Assembly: GCA_963758525.1 (NCBI GenBank) | Contig: CAVWVQ010000003.1 | Coordinates: forward strand, 3,904,001 to 3,968,000 | Source: an uncultured Phycisphaerales bacterium | Lineage (GTDB): Bacteria > Planctomycetota > Phycisphaerae > Tepidisphaerales > Tepidisphaeraceae | Reading direction: 5' to 3' | Length of the DNA: 64,000 nt | Shown here: positions 19,355-30,397 of the stretch, in pieces | Layout: the number at the start of each line of letters is the position of its first letter | Numbering within the stretch: position 1 is the first letter of the stretch | Translations under genes and position numbers: made by a program | The notes under the pieces: model-generated | Told to the model about the DNA's origin: nothing | Seen by the model: the letters and a program-made list of their open reading frames with translations, nothing else | Database searches by the model: none

Positions 19355-19783
19355 GTGCCGCAGGAAACGAAGGGTCGGCCGTTTGACGTGGAGGGGGCGG
19401 AACATGCGCCGGGGTTTGTTCACGAACAGCTTGAAGGAACGATTCCGGCGCTGGCCAGCGAGGACGAAATCCGCCTGGCGCTGGAGAAGGCTTTTGACTA
19501 TCGCGGGGATGTGACGATCGGGCTCAAGGATGGGAGCGAGATCGAGGGTTATATCTTCGATCGTCGCAGCAATGGGCCGGCGTTGGCCGAGTGCATCGTG
19601 CGGCTGTTCCCCAAGGATCGTGACGAAAAGATCAGCGTTCGCTACAGCGACATCGCACGGCTCGCGTTCAGCGGCCGCGATACGGCGGCGGGGAAAAGCT
19701 TCGAGACGTGGGTGAAGAAATATCAGGAAAAGAAAGCCGCCGGCGAGAAGAACATCGGGCTGGAGCCAGAGAAGCTCGATTGA
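19355..19783 (+). CDS. Conserved hypothetical protein (Sm/LSM-like fold suspected)
   Basis: AAGGAG RBS before the GTG. Motifs ALEKAFDYRGDVT..EGYIFDR and FSGRDTAAGKSFETW. Confidence 0.7.
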   Translation: MPQETKGRPFDVEGAEHAPGFVHEQLEGTIPALASEDEIRLALEKAFDYRGDVTIGLKDGSEIEGYIFDRRSNGPALAECIVRLFPKDRDEKISVRYSDIARLAFSGRDTAAGKSFETWVKKYQEKKAAGEKNIGLEPEKLD

Positions 19784-20041
19784 TTCCGATTGAATGCGGT
19801 GGATTCCGTGCGATGGGGTAAGTTTGATTGGGATGCCGAGCGCCGTTGGTGCTCGAAATCACCCTCACCCTGGCCCTCTCCCGGCGTACCGGGAGAGGGG
19901 ATCAGAGGGCGCCTTCTGCGGAGTACAGGGAGCGAGGGATCGGAGGAAGTTCGGCGCTCATCAGGTTGCGCCCGACGTCGAGATCGACGGCAGCACGCGG
20001 GGATCGGAGGGAGTCGGCCGCTCATTGAAGGTTACACGTAC

Positions 20042-20905
20042 GTGGAGGCGTTGCTGCATCTCGATCTTGACGGAGCCTGGCCGGCTGATGCGCTGCCGAT
20101 CCGGACGATCGATTTTCGGGAATGGGGGCCTCGATTGCGGTACATCACGCGAGAAGATGATGTGCGCGATTTTTCGCGGGAGCTGCTGGCGCAAGACGCG
20201 CGTTTTTTTCTCTACGGCTCGGGGGACTTTCACCATCTGTCGGCGATGTTAGTGCGCCGTGCCCAGGAGGCGGCGCGACGCCCGATTCGAGTCGTTTGTT
20301 TCGACAATCATCCCGACTGGGACGTTCGTCCGCCGCGCTGGGCATGCGGCGGGTGGGTGAACCGCGCGCTGGAGTGCGCGGGTGTGGAGCGGGTGAGCGT
20401 CTGGGGGTGCGGCAACTTTGAAATGGATCGTCCCAACCGCTGGTTCCGCAATCGCGAGGCGCTGCGCTCCCGACGACTTGAGATCTTTCCGTGGTCCGAG
20501 CGGCAGTCGTCGGCGGCAGCCAAACGTTTTCGCGGAGTCTCCCGAGATCACTGGCGCGGGGATTTCGAGCGCTTCGCCGATGAGCAGAAGGGCACGCCGT
20601 TGTATGTGACGGTCGACATGGATTGTCTTCGCGCAGAAGATGCTGTGACGGATTGGGAGGCCGGTTTGTTCAGCGCCGAGGATGTCGCGTGGGCCATCGG
20701 CCGGTTGGGAGAATCGACGACGGTGAACGGCGGAGATGTTTGCGGCGCCTCGTCGCCTCAGGTTTACGCGGGGGCGTTCCAGCGTCTTGCGGGGTGGTGG
20801 GATCATCCCAAGTCCGGGCTCATCAATCTTGAGCGGGCGCGGGCGGTGAACGTCGGGTCTCTGAGGATCATCTGGCCGGCGCTCACGCGGGACTGGGATT
20901 CGTGA
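20042..20905 (+). CDS. Arginase/ureohydrolase-fold protein
   Basis: GSGDFHHLS, FDNHPD, YVTVDMD, GGDVCG. Start inferred. Confidence 0.7.
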   Translation: MEALLHLDLDGAWPADALPIRTIDFREWGPRLRYITREDDVRDFSRELLAQDARFFLYGSGDFHHLSAMLVRRAQEAARRPIRVVCFDNHPDWDVRPPRWACGGWVNRALECAGVERVSVWGCGNFEMDRPNRWFRNREALRSRRLEIFPWSERQSSAAAKRFRGVSRDHWRGDFERFADEQKGTPLYVTVDMDCLRAEDAVTDWEAGLFSAEDVAWAIGRLGESTTVNGGDVCGASSPQVYAGAFQRLAGWWDHPKSGLINLERARAVNVGSLRIIWPALTRDWDS

Positions 20906-21117
20906 GCGGCCGGGGGTCGGTGCGGGAGGGTCAGGGCGTGACAGGTCATGAGCGTGCTGACAACGCAGCCCGCTCCCACGCCGGCCCTCGCCCGGAGTAC
21001 CAGGGGAGGGGGAAGAGGCGGCCCGGAGAGGATGCGCACCATCATGGCGTGCTGGGAAAGCCGCGCGCGCGACGGCGGGTGTCACTTTGCATTGTGGCGA
21101 TTGCGGATCTTGCGATG

Positions 21118-21186
21118 GTAGGGCGGGATTTTATCCCGCCGTTTTCTCGGCCGGCCAATAGATCGGCGGGATGAATCCCGCCCTAC
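21118..21186. repeat. GTAG-type REP inverted doublet
   Basis: GTAGGGCGGGATTTTATCCCGCC ... GGCGGGATGAATCCCGCCCTAC. A single copy also lies at about 59987-60008. Confidence 0.8.
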
Positions 21187-21312
21187 TCGGAGCCGATCGT
21201 AGTTTCGAGCGCCACACCCCGCGCCGCTCCCGACGGCCGTGAAAGCGGGAGAACCTGCGATTTTTGCAGGCGTATTTGCTAGAATCCCTGGCTGACTGAA
21301 TCGGAGTTGAGC

Positions 21313-22412
21313 ATGAAGCGATTTCTTTGTTTCGGAGCAGTGTTGATGGCGCTGGCCGCCGGCGCCTGCAGCGAAGATCAGGCGCCTCCTGCGAGTGAGC
21401 GCGTTCCGCCGCCGGCGGCTTCCGCGGCGCCGCCTCCTGCGCAGCGCGCTAATGAAGTTGCGATGAATGGAGCTGCGGCCGGCGCCCATACGGCAGCGGC
21501 CGCAGCCGGCTCACCCGCGCCGCCGGCGGGGCGCAGTGGACGATCTTCTGCTCGGCCTTTCGCGGACCGGATCACGTGCTGGTCTCAAATCGGGTGAAGG
21601 AGGATCTGCTTCAGCAATCACATTTGAGCGGCTGGCATTTGGTGCATCACGACGACGAAAGTATTCTGTACTACGGCTATTACACCGAGTTGGGCACGCC
21701 GCGGGCGCGGGCGGATAAACGCGCCGTGGAAAGTCTGACCAACGACGCGGGGGATCGGGAATTCGCGGCGAGCCAGTTTGTGCCTCTTTCATCGCCCAAT
21801 CCGTCGGCGCCGCCGGAGTGGGACCTGGCAAACACGCCGGCGGATATGTACTGGTCGCTGCAGATTGCGGCGTTCTGTCAGACGCCGGATCATTGGGAGC
21901 GTGCGGTTCAAGCGGTTCGCGACGCGCAGGCGCAGGGGATCGAGGCATATTACTATCACACGGACGCGATGAGCACGGTATGTGTTGGGGCATGGCCACG
22001 GGCGGCAGTGCGTCAGCAGGCCGCCGGCGTCGCGCACAACAACAATGCCGACACACCGATTGTCGTATTGAGTCAGCCGGCTCCCGAAGGCGCCATTCCT
22101 CAGTTGCACGACAGCAACGGGAATCCGGTGCCGGTCATCGCTCCCAAGTTGGAGGTTGATGATCCGACGCTGCAGAAAGCGATCAACGAGTTTCCCGAGA
22201 ACGCGGTCAATGGTTACGTCATGACTCAGAAAGACCAGCAGGGCAAGGAGTATCCGGCTTCGTCGTTTCTGGTCGAGATCCCGCACCACGATGGGTCGGC
22301 AAAGGACAACGATCGGGATGCGGTGCAGGAATCCCCGGCTCGGTCGGTGGTGCCGCCGGTGGACAGCAACGATACGACGCTCGGGAAGCTGCGCACGATC
22401 GGGGAGCATTGA
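21313..22412 (+). CDS. Hypothetical lipoprotein (frameshift near 21530)
   Basis: Lipobox-like LAAGAC. One extra G in the GGGG run joins it to the 21576-22412 ORF. Confidence 0.65.
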
Positions 22413-22413
22413 A

Positions 22414-23058
22414 TTGCGGATCGTGGTGGCTACACGGAATTCTGGAAAGTCGCGCGAGTTTCGCGAAATGCTCGCATCCGACCAATGGGTGTGGAGCGAT
22501 CTGTCAGACCATCCGGAAACGCGCGAGGTTGAAGAAACTGGCCGGACCTTTCGTGCGAACGCATGTCTCAAGGCATCGGGCTATGCCCGGCAAACGGGGA
22601 GTTGGGCGCTGGCGGACGACAGCGGACTGGAAATCGATGCGCTGGGCGGGTCGCCGGGCGTTGCCAGCGCGCGTTGGGCGATGCTGCACGGGACGGGCGC
22701 GGGTGATGCGGATAACAACGCGACCGTCTTGGCTCAGCTTGAGCCGATTCCTGACGATCGGCGGAGCGCCCGGTTCGTCTGCGTGCTGGCGCTGGCCGAT
22801 CCGCAAGGGCGAATTATTTTCACCACGCGCGACACGGTCGAGGGACGCATGCTGCGCAAGGCGCGGGGCAGCAATGGGTTTGGGTACGATCCGCTTTTTT
22901 ATATCGAGTCATTGAAGCAGACCACCGCCGAGTTGTCGGCCGGGCAAAAGCATCAGATCAGCCATCGCGGCAAAGCCCTGCGGCGTATGAGGGACCTGAT
23001 CCGACAGACAGGATTCGGGCAAACGTTGTGCGAATCGGGCCCAATGACGTTAGAGTGA
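22414..23058 (+). CDS. rdgB: Non-canonical purine NTP pyrophosphatase (RdgB/HAM1)
   Basis: ATRN.GK, EETG.TF..NA..KA, ADDSGL, GFGYDP, SHRGKAL. Confidence 0.95.
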   Translation: MRIVVATRNSGKSREFREMLASDQWVWSDLSDHPETREVEETGRTFRANACLKASGYARQTGSWALADDSGLEIDALGGSPGVASARWAMLHGTGAGDADNNATVLAQLEPIPDDRRSARFVCVLALADPQGRIIFTTRDTVEGRMLRKARGSNGFGYDPLFYIESLKQTTAELSAGQKHQISHRGKALRRMRDLIRQTGFGQTLCESGPMTLE

Positions 23059-23065
23059 GGTTCCT

Positions 23066-23482
23066 ATGAGCCGGATTCTTCTTGCCGTCAGCAGCAACTA
23101 CGCCGCCCAGAAGGTGGTGGACTGCATCGTCGATCTGTCCAAACGGCTGGCGGCGGAAATCCTCGTGGTGCATGTTTCCCGTCCCAGCGGCGGGCAGATG
23201 CGCGAGCAGGAACAGGCCGAAGGGGAATCGGCGATCCGCTATCTGCGGGAAAAACTGGTCACGCGCGGGGTGGCCGTGCAGGACCTGCTTCTTTTCAGCG
23301 ACGATATTGCACGAGCCATTCTGAACACTGCCGTCGAGCGGGAGGCATCCATGATCGTGCTCGGTCTGACCGGGAAAAACGTCTTCGCGCGTCTGCTGGC
23401 GGGGAACGTTCCGGTGGAATTGATTAAGAATACAAAAATTCCGGTGCTGATCCTTCCGCCGGATTGGAATAGGACGATTTGA
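23066..23482 (+). CDS. Universal stress protein
   Basis: ILLAV...VVHV...IVLG..G...LLAGNV...PVLI. Confidence 0.85.
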   Translation: MSRILLAVSSNYAAQKVVDCIVDLSKRLAAEILVVHVSRPSGGQMREQEQAEGESAIRYLREKLVTRGVAVQDLLLFSDDIARAILNTAVEREASMIVLGLTGKNVFARLLAGNVPVELIKNTKIPVLILPPDWNRTI

Positions 23483-23493
23483 GGGGGGAAGGG

Positions 23494-23681
23494 GGCAAGG
23501 CACGAAGGGGGCAAGGCACGAAGGCACGGAGGCACGGAGGGGCCAAGGCACGAAGGCACGAAGGCACGGAGGCACGAAGGGGAGGACGCTGCGCGGCGGA
23601 ATGTTTTGTCAGATTCGCTTCCTCAAACCTGTCGCCTCTCTTCTGCTCCCCTTCCTCACCCTTCGTGCCTTTGTGCCTTTC
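23494..23681. repeat. Octamer tandem repeats (GGCACGAA/GGCACGGA)n with a downstream inverted arm
   Basis: The same family occurs at 44998-45060, 48066-48280 and 52548-52602. Confidence 0.85.
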
Positions 23682-23807
23682 TTGCTTCCTGCCTTTCTTA
23701 AACTCTTCCCTCTCAGAAATTTCTTCCAGACGTCTTTGCGTCTTCCGGGCGGACGCTATAATCCCGCGCTTCGGACCCGGATGGACGGGACAGGAGACGA
23801 ATTGTCG

Positions 23808-24518
23808 ATGCAAATTAATAACGCGCAGGACATGGTGCCCAAGGAAGTCTTCTTCACGAAGGGCGTGGGCCGGCACATTCACAAGCTGCAGAGCTTTGAG
23901 CTGGCGCTGCGCGACGCGGGGATCGAACGACAGAACCTCGTGCGCGTGTCGTCAATTTATCCGACGGTCTGCAAGATCATTCCGGTCCGGGAAGGGCAGC
24001 CGAAGCTCAAGCCGGGGCAGATTACCTTCGTGGTTCTGGCCGAAGCGGCGACGGATGAGCCGAACCGTCTCATCTGCGCCGGGATCGGGCTGGCGATTCC
24101 CCGCAGTCATGCCTACGGGTACATCGCCGAGCATCACGGGTACGGGATGAGCGAGAAGAAGACCGAGGATCTGGTGGAGGATCTCGCCGCCACGATGCTT
24201 GCCACCACGCTGAATGTTCCGTTCGACGCGGACAAGGCTTGGGACGAGCGCGAGCAGGAGTTCAAACTCTCGGGCGAAATCGTGAAGACCCGCGCCATCG
24301 TGCAGACCGCCGAGGGAGATAAGGCGGGGCTCTGGACGAGCGTCATCGCCGCGGCGGTGTTCATTCTCGACGAAAATGGGCACAAGAGCGCGCCTGTGCA
24401 GACCGCCAGTGACAAGAGCACGAGCGACGGCAAAGCCGCAGTCGACACGAAGACGCCAGGCGACGCGAAGACTGCATCAGACCGCGCGGGAGCTCTCGAA
24501 GCGAAGACTGTTTCCTAA
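23808..24518 (+). CDS. pdaD: Pyruvoyl-dependent arginine decarboxylase
   Basis: VPKEVFFTKGVG, SFELALRDAGI..NLVRVSSI (Ser-Ser self-cleavage site), YGYIAEHH. Confidence 0.92.
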   Translation: MQINNAQDMVPKEVFFTKGVGRHIHKLQSFELALRDAGIERQNLVRVSSIYPTVCKIIPVREGQPKLKPGQITFVVLAEAATDEPNRLICAGIGLAIPRSHAYGYIAEHHGYGMSEKKTEDLVEDLAATMLATTLNVPFDADKAWDEREQEFKLSGEIVKTRAIVQTAEGDKAGLWTSVIAAAVFILDENGHKSAPVQTASDKSTSDGKAAVDTKTPGDAKTASDRAGALEAKTVS

Positions 24519-24616
24519 ATGAACGTGCGCGATTAAGCGCACGTGCCAGCAGTATGCTGCCCTTAGGGCAGCCGCTAAACGGTTTTTGGAAGCGCGTAAT
24601 CGCGCAAGGTCATATA
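24516..24616. mobile_element. MITE (99 bp added, TA duplication at CTAG), copy 1
   Basis: cTAAATGAACGTGCGC...GCGCAAGGTCATATAg, near-identical to 43787-43887. It supplies the TAA stop of pdaD. Confidence 0.85.
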
Positions 24617-24618
24617 GT

Positions 24619-25689
24619 TCAGAAGCTGGGTTGCTGCTGCGTGAGACAGTGAATCGCGCCGAGCCCCCAGATCAGCTCGACGCAATCAATTCCGATGACC
24701 TGATGTTTCGGCAAATGCCGCTGTAGCGTCTCGATTGCGATCTGATCGTTTGTCCGGTGCCGATACGTTGGCACCAGCAGCGCGCCATTGACGAAGTAAA
24801 AATTGACGTACGTCGCGGGCAGGCGCTGCCCGTCTTCCTCAAGCACGCCCGGCATCGGTAACTCGACAATTTCAAACGCTCTGCCGCGCGGATCGCGCAG
24901 CCGCTGCAGCCGGCGGAGGTTGTCGCGGAGCAATTGGTAGTTCTCGTCCTTCGGATCTTTTTCAACCGCTGCGACGATCGTTCGCGGACTGATGAATCTT
25001 GCCAGATCGTCGACGTGGCCGTCAGTGTCGTCTCCGACAATTCCCTCGCCGAGCCAGAGCACCTGTTCCTGGCCGTAGTAATCCTTGAGGTATTGCTCGA
25101 TCTCGGGTTTGCCCAAATGCGGATTGCGGTTCTTGTTCAGCAGGCACGACGTTGTCGTGAGAATCGTCCCTTCGCCGTTGAAATCGACAGCGCCGCCTTC
25201 CATCACGATCCGCGGATAAAAAACCGGCAGCTTCAGCTCCTCGGCTATTCGCGTCGGCACCGCGTCGTCATCATCGAAGGGGGGATATTTTCCACCCCAG
25301 GCATTGAATCCCCAGTCGACGATCGCGGCACCGGCTTTTTTCCCCTGCTGCTTCAAGACAAATGCGGGTCCGTGGTCCCTGCACCAGCTCTCGTTGGTCT
25401 TGATGAGGTGGAAATGAACGTTATCGATCGGGCATTCGTAGGACAGAAGCTGCTCGCGAACCAGGGTTGCGTAGTTGCCATTGGGAACGTTGATCTCAAC
25501 GCGCTCGCGTGGCGCGATTTCGCGAATGATCCGCGCCAGGTTTTCAGGAACCGTGTGATATTTGTCGGGAAACGAGATTCCCTCCGGCCGCGGCCAACTG
25601 AACCATGTCGCGGTATGCGGATGCCATTCCGGTGGAAATCGATAACCCAGTGCGGCAGGAGTTCGGTCGAGAACGCGAGGTGAGCTCAT
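24619..25689 (-). CDS. aguA: Agmatine deiminase
   Basis: PPEW.PH, W.RDHGP, FNAWGGK, EGG..D.NG.GT, DTDGHVD, ATYVNF, GAIHCLTQQQP. Confidence 0.95.
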   Translation of the reverse strand: MSSPRVLDRTPAALGYRFPPEWHPHTATWFSWPRPEGISFPDKYHTVPENLARIIREIAPRERVEINVPNGNYATLVREQLLSYECPIDNVHFHLIKTNESWCRDHGPAFVLKQQGKKAGAAIVDWGFNAWGGKYPPFDDDDAVPTRIAEELKLPVFYPRIVMEGGAVDFNGEGTILTTTSCLLNKNRNPHLGKPEIEQYLKDYYGQEQVLWLGEGIVGDDTDGHVDDLARFISPRTIVAAVEKDPKDENYQLLRDNLRRLQRLRDPRGRAFEIVELPMPGVLEEDGQRLPATYVNFYFVNGALLVPTYRHRTNDQIAIETLQRHLPKHQVIGIDCVELIWGLGAIHCLTQQQPSF

Positions 25690-25716
25690 GCAGTGCTTCC
25701 GAAAAGGGCCAGCGGA

Positions 25717-26658
25717 TCATTCGGCATCAACAAACCGGCGGGTGAGATTGCCGTAGGCGTCGATCCGCCGATCGCGGAGAAACGGCCAGTGCGTTCTGCT
25801 GAATTCAACGCGTGCCAAATCGCACGTCACCGTCAGCACTTCTTCGCGGTCAGACGAGGCCTTGCGAACGATCTGCCCGTCAGGCCCGGCAACAAACGAC
25901 TGACCCCAGAATTCGATGCCGTCTTCGCTGACCGGCTTTCCGTCTGCGCCGATGATCTTCTCGAGGCCGATTCGATTGGGGGCGCACACGAAACACCCAT
26001 TGGCAACCGCGTGCGAGCACTGCATCAGCTCCCAGCTATCGTGCTGAGGCAGTCCGAACTCGGCCTTCTCCGAAGGATGCCAGCCGATGGCGGTTGGGTA
26101 GAACAGAATCTCCGCGCCCTGCAGCGCGGTGAGACGTGCGCCTTCGGGGAACCATTGGTCCCAGCAAATGAGGACGCCAATGTTGGCGTAGCGTGTCTGC
26201 CAGGAGCGAAACCCGGTGTCGCCGGGCGTGAAGTAGAACTTCTCATAGTAGAGTGGATCGTCGGGAATGTGCATCTTGCGATAGATGCCGAGAATGGACC
26301 CATCCGCGTCGATCACGACGGCCGTGTTGTGGTACAGCCCGGCGGCACGTTTCTCGAAGAGCGATGCGACGATCACCGTCTGGGTGCGGCGGGCGATCTC
26401 GCAGAGCGCTTCGGTGCTGGGGCCGGGAATCGTCTCGGCAAGCTCGAAGAAGCGATGATCCTCGACCTGGCAGAAGTACTGGCTGCGAAACAGCTCCTGC
26501 GTGCAGATGATCTGCGCGCCCTCCGCGGCCGCCTGTTCGATCAGACGCACTTGCCGGTGGAGGTTGTCGCGCGGATCTTCCGAGCAGCTCATTTGGGTAA
26601 GCGAAACCTTCAGAGCCGATCGAGTTGGCGATGGGCGAGCAATTCTGCCATTCTTCAT
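25717..26658 (-). CDS. aguB: N-carbamoylputrescine amidohydrolase (carbon-nitrogen hydrolase)
   Basis: QELF, YRKMHIPDDP.YYEKFYF, ICWDQWFPE, YPTAIG; adjacent to aguA. Confidence 0.9.
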   Translation of the reverse strand: MKNGRIARPSPTRSALKVSLTQMSCSEDPRDNLHRQVRLIEQAAAEGAQIICTQELFRSQYFCQVEDHRFFELAETIPGPSTEALCEIARRTQTVIVASLFEKRAAGLYHNTAVVIDADGSILGIYRKMHIPDDPLYYEKFYFTPGDTGFRSWQTRYANIGVLICWDQWFPEGARLTALQGAEILFYPTAIGWHPSEKAEFGLPQHDSWELMQCSHAVANGCFVCAPNRIGLEKIIGADGKPVSEDGIEFWGQSFVAGPDGQIVRKASSDREEVLTVTCDLARVEFSRTHWPFLRDRRIDAYGNLTRRFVDAE

Positions 26659-26870
26659 GATCAATCTCTCCGCCGGACGCAGTCACCGATCCGGCAGAGA
26701 AGGGTAGCCGCGCCGGATGCGCCGGGCAACGCATCAGTGTTGAGCATGAGTGTTGAGCGGGCGGTATTCGTTGTATTTCCGATGAAGGAATTGTTAACTT
26801 AAAGGAGTCAATGGGGCGCATCCAACGTACGCATGGCGAGGCGTGCGTGTCGAACGAGGGACAGAAAGCC

Positions 26871-29230
26871 ATGACACTGGGCTCAAATGGTCTTTCATTC
26901 AGCATTGCCACCGTATTATTGATGATCGCATCGAGCCCCGCGACCGGATGGGGCGCTACGCCGGACGAGATCGATGCCGCGATTGACAAGGGGCAGAAAT
27001 TTGTACTCAGCCAGCAGAAGCCCACCGGGCAGTGGGAAAACGATTTGACGCGCGTCGGCACGAGTCACGCGCATGACAAGATGCAGGGAGATACTTTCGG
27101 CGGCTTCACGGCGCTTTCCACGTACGCGCTGCTTGCCTGCGGAGCCAAGCCAACCGAACCGGCGATGGCCAAGGCGATCGACTTTCTCCGCAAGGCGGAT
27201 GTGATCGGCATTTACGCCCTGGGGCTTCGCGCCAATGTCTGGCAATTGATTCCGGTGACGGCGGAGAACAGCAGTTGGCTGAATGCTTCGATCCGCAAGG
27301 ATCGCGACCTGCTGCTCAACGGCATCAACAACAAGGCCGCCATCAATCAGGGATTCTGGGATTATGGGAATGGCCGGGGAAAGCGGCTGGATCACAGCGT
27401 CAGCCAGTATGGGGTGCTGGGCCTGTGGGCTTGCGAGCAGGCGGGCACGGAGGTCTCCGTGGATGTTTGGCGCCTGCTGGACAAGCACTGGCGCGACCAG
27501 CAGTTTCCAGACGGCGCGTGGTCTTATGATTCCACGCCGACCACAAAGGGCTCCGTCAGCAAAGGGCAGACATCGGCATCGATGACCGCCGCGGGCGTCG
27601 CAACCCTTTTCATCACGCAGGACTATATTTACGCCGAACGAGGAAGCGCCTGCAACGGCAATATCACCAACGACAACATCGAAAAAGGGCTCGCCTGGAT
27701 GGCCGACCATTTTACGAAAGCAGACAACCTCTACTCCATCTACGGAGTTGAGCGTATCGGCGTCGCCAGCGGAAGAAAGTATTTCGGCTCGCACGACTGG
27801 TTTGCGGAAGACGCCGATCGGGTCGTCAAGAGCCAGAAGCGAGACGGCTCATGGCAACCCAATTTTGTCGGCGCCACGCCGGCGGTGGCTACGTCATACG
27901 CACTGCTATTCCTGCGCGCGGCCGCGCGCCCGTGCTGGTCAACAAGCTGGATTACAATCTCGCCAACGCCGCGCCCACGGCCGCCGCTAACGCAAGCGGA
28001 CAGACTGCGACGGAGGGGCACTGGAATCAGCGCCCGCGCGACGTGGCGAACGTGCTGCGCTGGTTCATCCGCCAGAGCGAGACGGACGTCAACTGGCAAA
28101 TTGTCAATCTGCCGCGCACCGCCACCGAGCTGATCGAAGCGCCGGTGCTCTACATCAGCGGCGATACGGAGCTGAGCTTCACCAAGGACGAGATGGAGAA
28201 GCTGCGTGAGTATGTCTACCTCGGGGGCGTGATCTTCGGGAACGCCGACTGCGGAAGCGACGCGTTTGCGAAGAGCTTTGAGAAGCTTGGGACGACGCTC
28301 TTCGGGAGGGAGTTCCGCGATCTTCCGCGCGGGCATCCGATCTATATGCTCGAGCAGTACCCTGCAGCGACGTGGAGAACCAAGCCGGTCGTGCGCGGTC
28401 TGAGCAACGAAGTGCGCGAGCTCATGCTGCTGGTTCCGCAGGCGGATCCCGGCCGCGCCTGGCAGGTGCGTGCCGATCAAACCCGCTCCGAGCTATTTCA
28501 GGTTGGGGCCGACGCGTTCATGTACGCCGTCGACAAGAATCCCTCGGTCAAAGGACGAACGCATGTGGTTTTGTCTGACCCGAAAATTGTTCCGGACCGA
28601 AAGCTGAACGTCGCCCGGCTCGAGCTGGGTGACAATTGGGACCCGGAGCCCGGCGCATGGAAGCGCATGGCGGCGGTCATCCACAACGACGCCAAAGTGG
28701 ACGTCACGGTCACGCCGGTAAAACTGGACGCCGGGGCGCTTGCCCCCTATAAGGTCGCCCATCTGACCGGCACCACCAAGATCAAACTCACCGACGATCA
28801 GCGGTCCGCGCTGCTGGAATGGACCAACCGTGGAGGGACGTTGATTATCGATGCCGCAGGCGGCAGCGCGGATTTTGCGGACTCGATCGAGGCGGAATTG
28901 AAGACCATCTTCGGCGCCGACGCGGAAAAGGGATTGGCCGACACGCTGCAGCCGGATCACCCCATGTTCGGTCTTCCGAAGATGGCGATTCAGTCCGTCG
29001 CCTATCGCGCGTATGCCCGCACCATTCTCGTGGGCGACCTGCATTCCCCCCGCATTCGGGTGATCGAACACGGCGGACGCACCGAAGTTTTTTACAGCCG
29101 CGAGGATCTGACTGAAGGAATGGTGGGACAAAACGTCGATGGCATCGACGGTTATTCGCCCAAGAGCGCGACAGAACTGATGCGAAACATGGTGGTCTAC
29201 GCCGGTTTCTTCCATCGGCGCGGGGGGTGA
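26871..29230 (+). CDS. Prenyltransferase/squalene-cyclase-like repeat protein with DUF4159-like domains (frameshift near 27914)
   Basis: QKPTGQW, DHSVSQY.VLGL, SMTAAG and ERIG motifs, then two domains of the P.LYISG...LREY...GG type. One base restores LARGRAPV. Confidence 0.7.
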
Positions 29231-29293
29231 AACGTCAACTTCCGAGGACGCGGATTTGCAGGTGCCGTAGTGTGCGGAAAACCTGAAACGAGT

Positions 29294-30252
29294 TTACCGT
29301 GACTCCGCATTGAGCTGTGCCATCTCCAGAATAAATCCTTCGACGTTCGTCACCGCATCTCCCACTCCGGATTTCGACTGGTAGTCCACTTTGGCCAGCA
29401 AATCGAGCGCCGCGCCGCACCGGAAGCGCCCAGCGCCTCGGCGGTACGCACGAATGGCTCCTGATTTTCCCGCGGCCAGATGCGCAGCGCAGATCCGATG
29501 GAGAATGCATTCATTCCCCTGCGGCGCATGGCGATCGCCTTGCGCACGTTCTCGAGCCACATTCCCAGCCATGTGACGGCGCGGAACTCGGCGGAAGGAT
29601 CCAACTGCACCAGATGCCGCCAGCGCCGCAGCGCCTCGGCTGACCTCCCGGCGGCAAGTTCGCCGGTCATGTCCCACATTTCCTGCTCGCGCTGAAACGA
29701 GACGCCGGTGGTGACCTCCGCGGCGGTGATGCGCCCCGCCGGGGCGCTGATCGCGAGTTTGGCCATCTCGTTATCGAGTCGGCCGAGGTCGTCGCCGATG
29801 TAGTCGCATAACAGCCGCGCGGCATCGGGATCGATCCGCACTTTGTGTGCCGCGGCGCGTGAGATGATCCACTGCGGAATGTCCTTGAGCTTCGGCGGAT
29901 TGCAGTCCTCGATCTTTCCGACTTTTGCAATTGCCTTATAAATTCTCTGATTGGACGGCAGCGACGCCAACCGGAGCACGAGCGTGGCGGCCTCGGATGG
30001 CGCGGCGACGTACGACTCAAGCGCTTCGCGGAATCGGGTGAGAAATGCGTCTGCGTTGCGCACGCTGACCAGCTTCGATCCGCCGAACATCGCGAAGCTG
30101 CGCAGTTCGTCGAGCACTTCCGCCAGCTCGCAGCGCTCGCCGTCGAGGTCGGTGCGCTGGGCGTTGCCGGGCAACTCGCGCAAAATATCTTCCAGCCGCT
30201 GCAACTGCAGAAAGGTGTCGGAGCCAACCAGAGCGTAGACGGGCTTGGGCAT
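29294..30252 (-). CDS. holA: DNA polymerase III subunit delta (frameshift near 29412)
   Basis: PVYALVG.D.F, ELRSFAMFG, G.DLGRL.NE..KL; the C-terminus D..SKSG is in the adjacent frame. Confidence 0.85.
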
Positions 30253-30397
30253 CGTCGTGGTTCTATGCGGATGTTCGGCGCGGGTCAACGGAATCGGATG
30301 CACGACCGTCTCTGCGCACTACCCCTCTCCCGCTATTTTCCGGGAGAGGGAGCAGTGCGCAGAGAACGTCGTGCATTCAACGAAATCCGCGGAGAGC

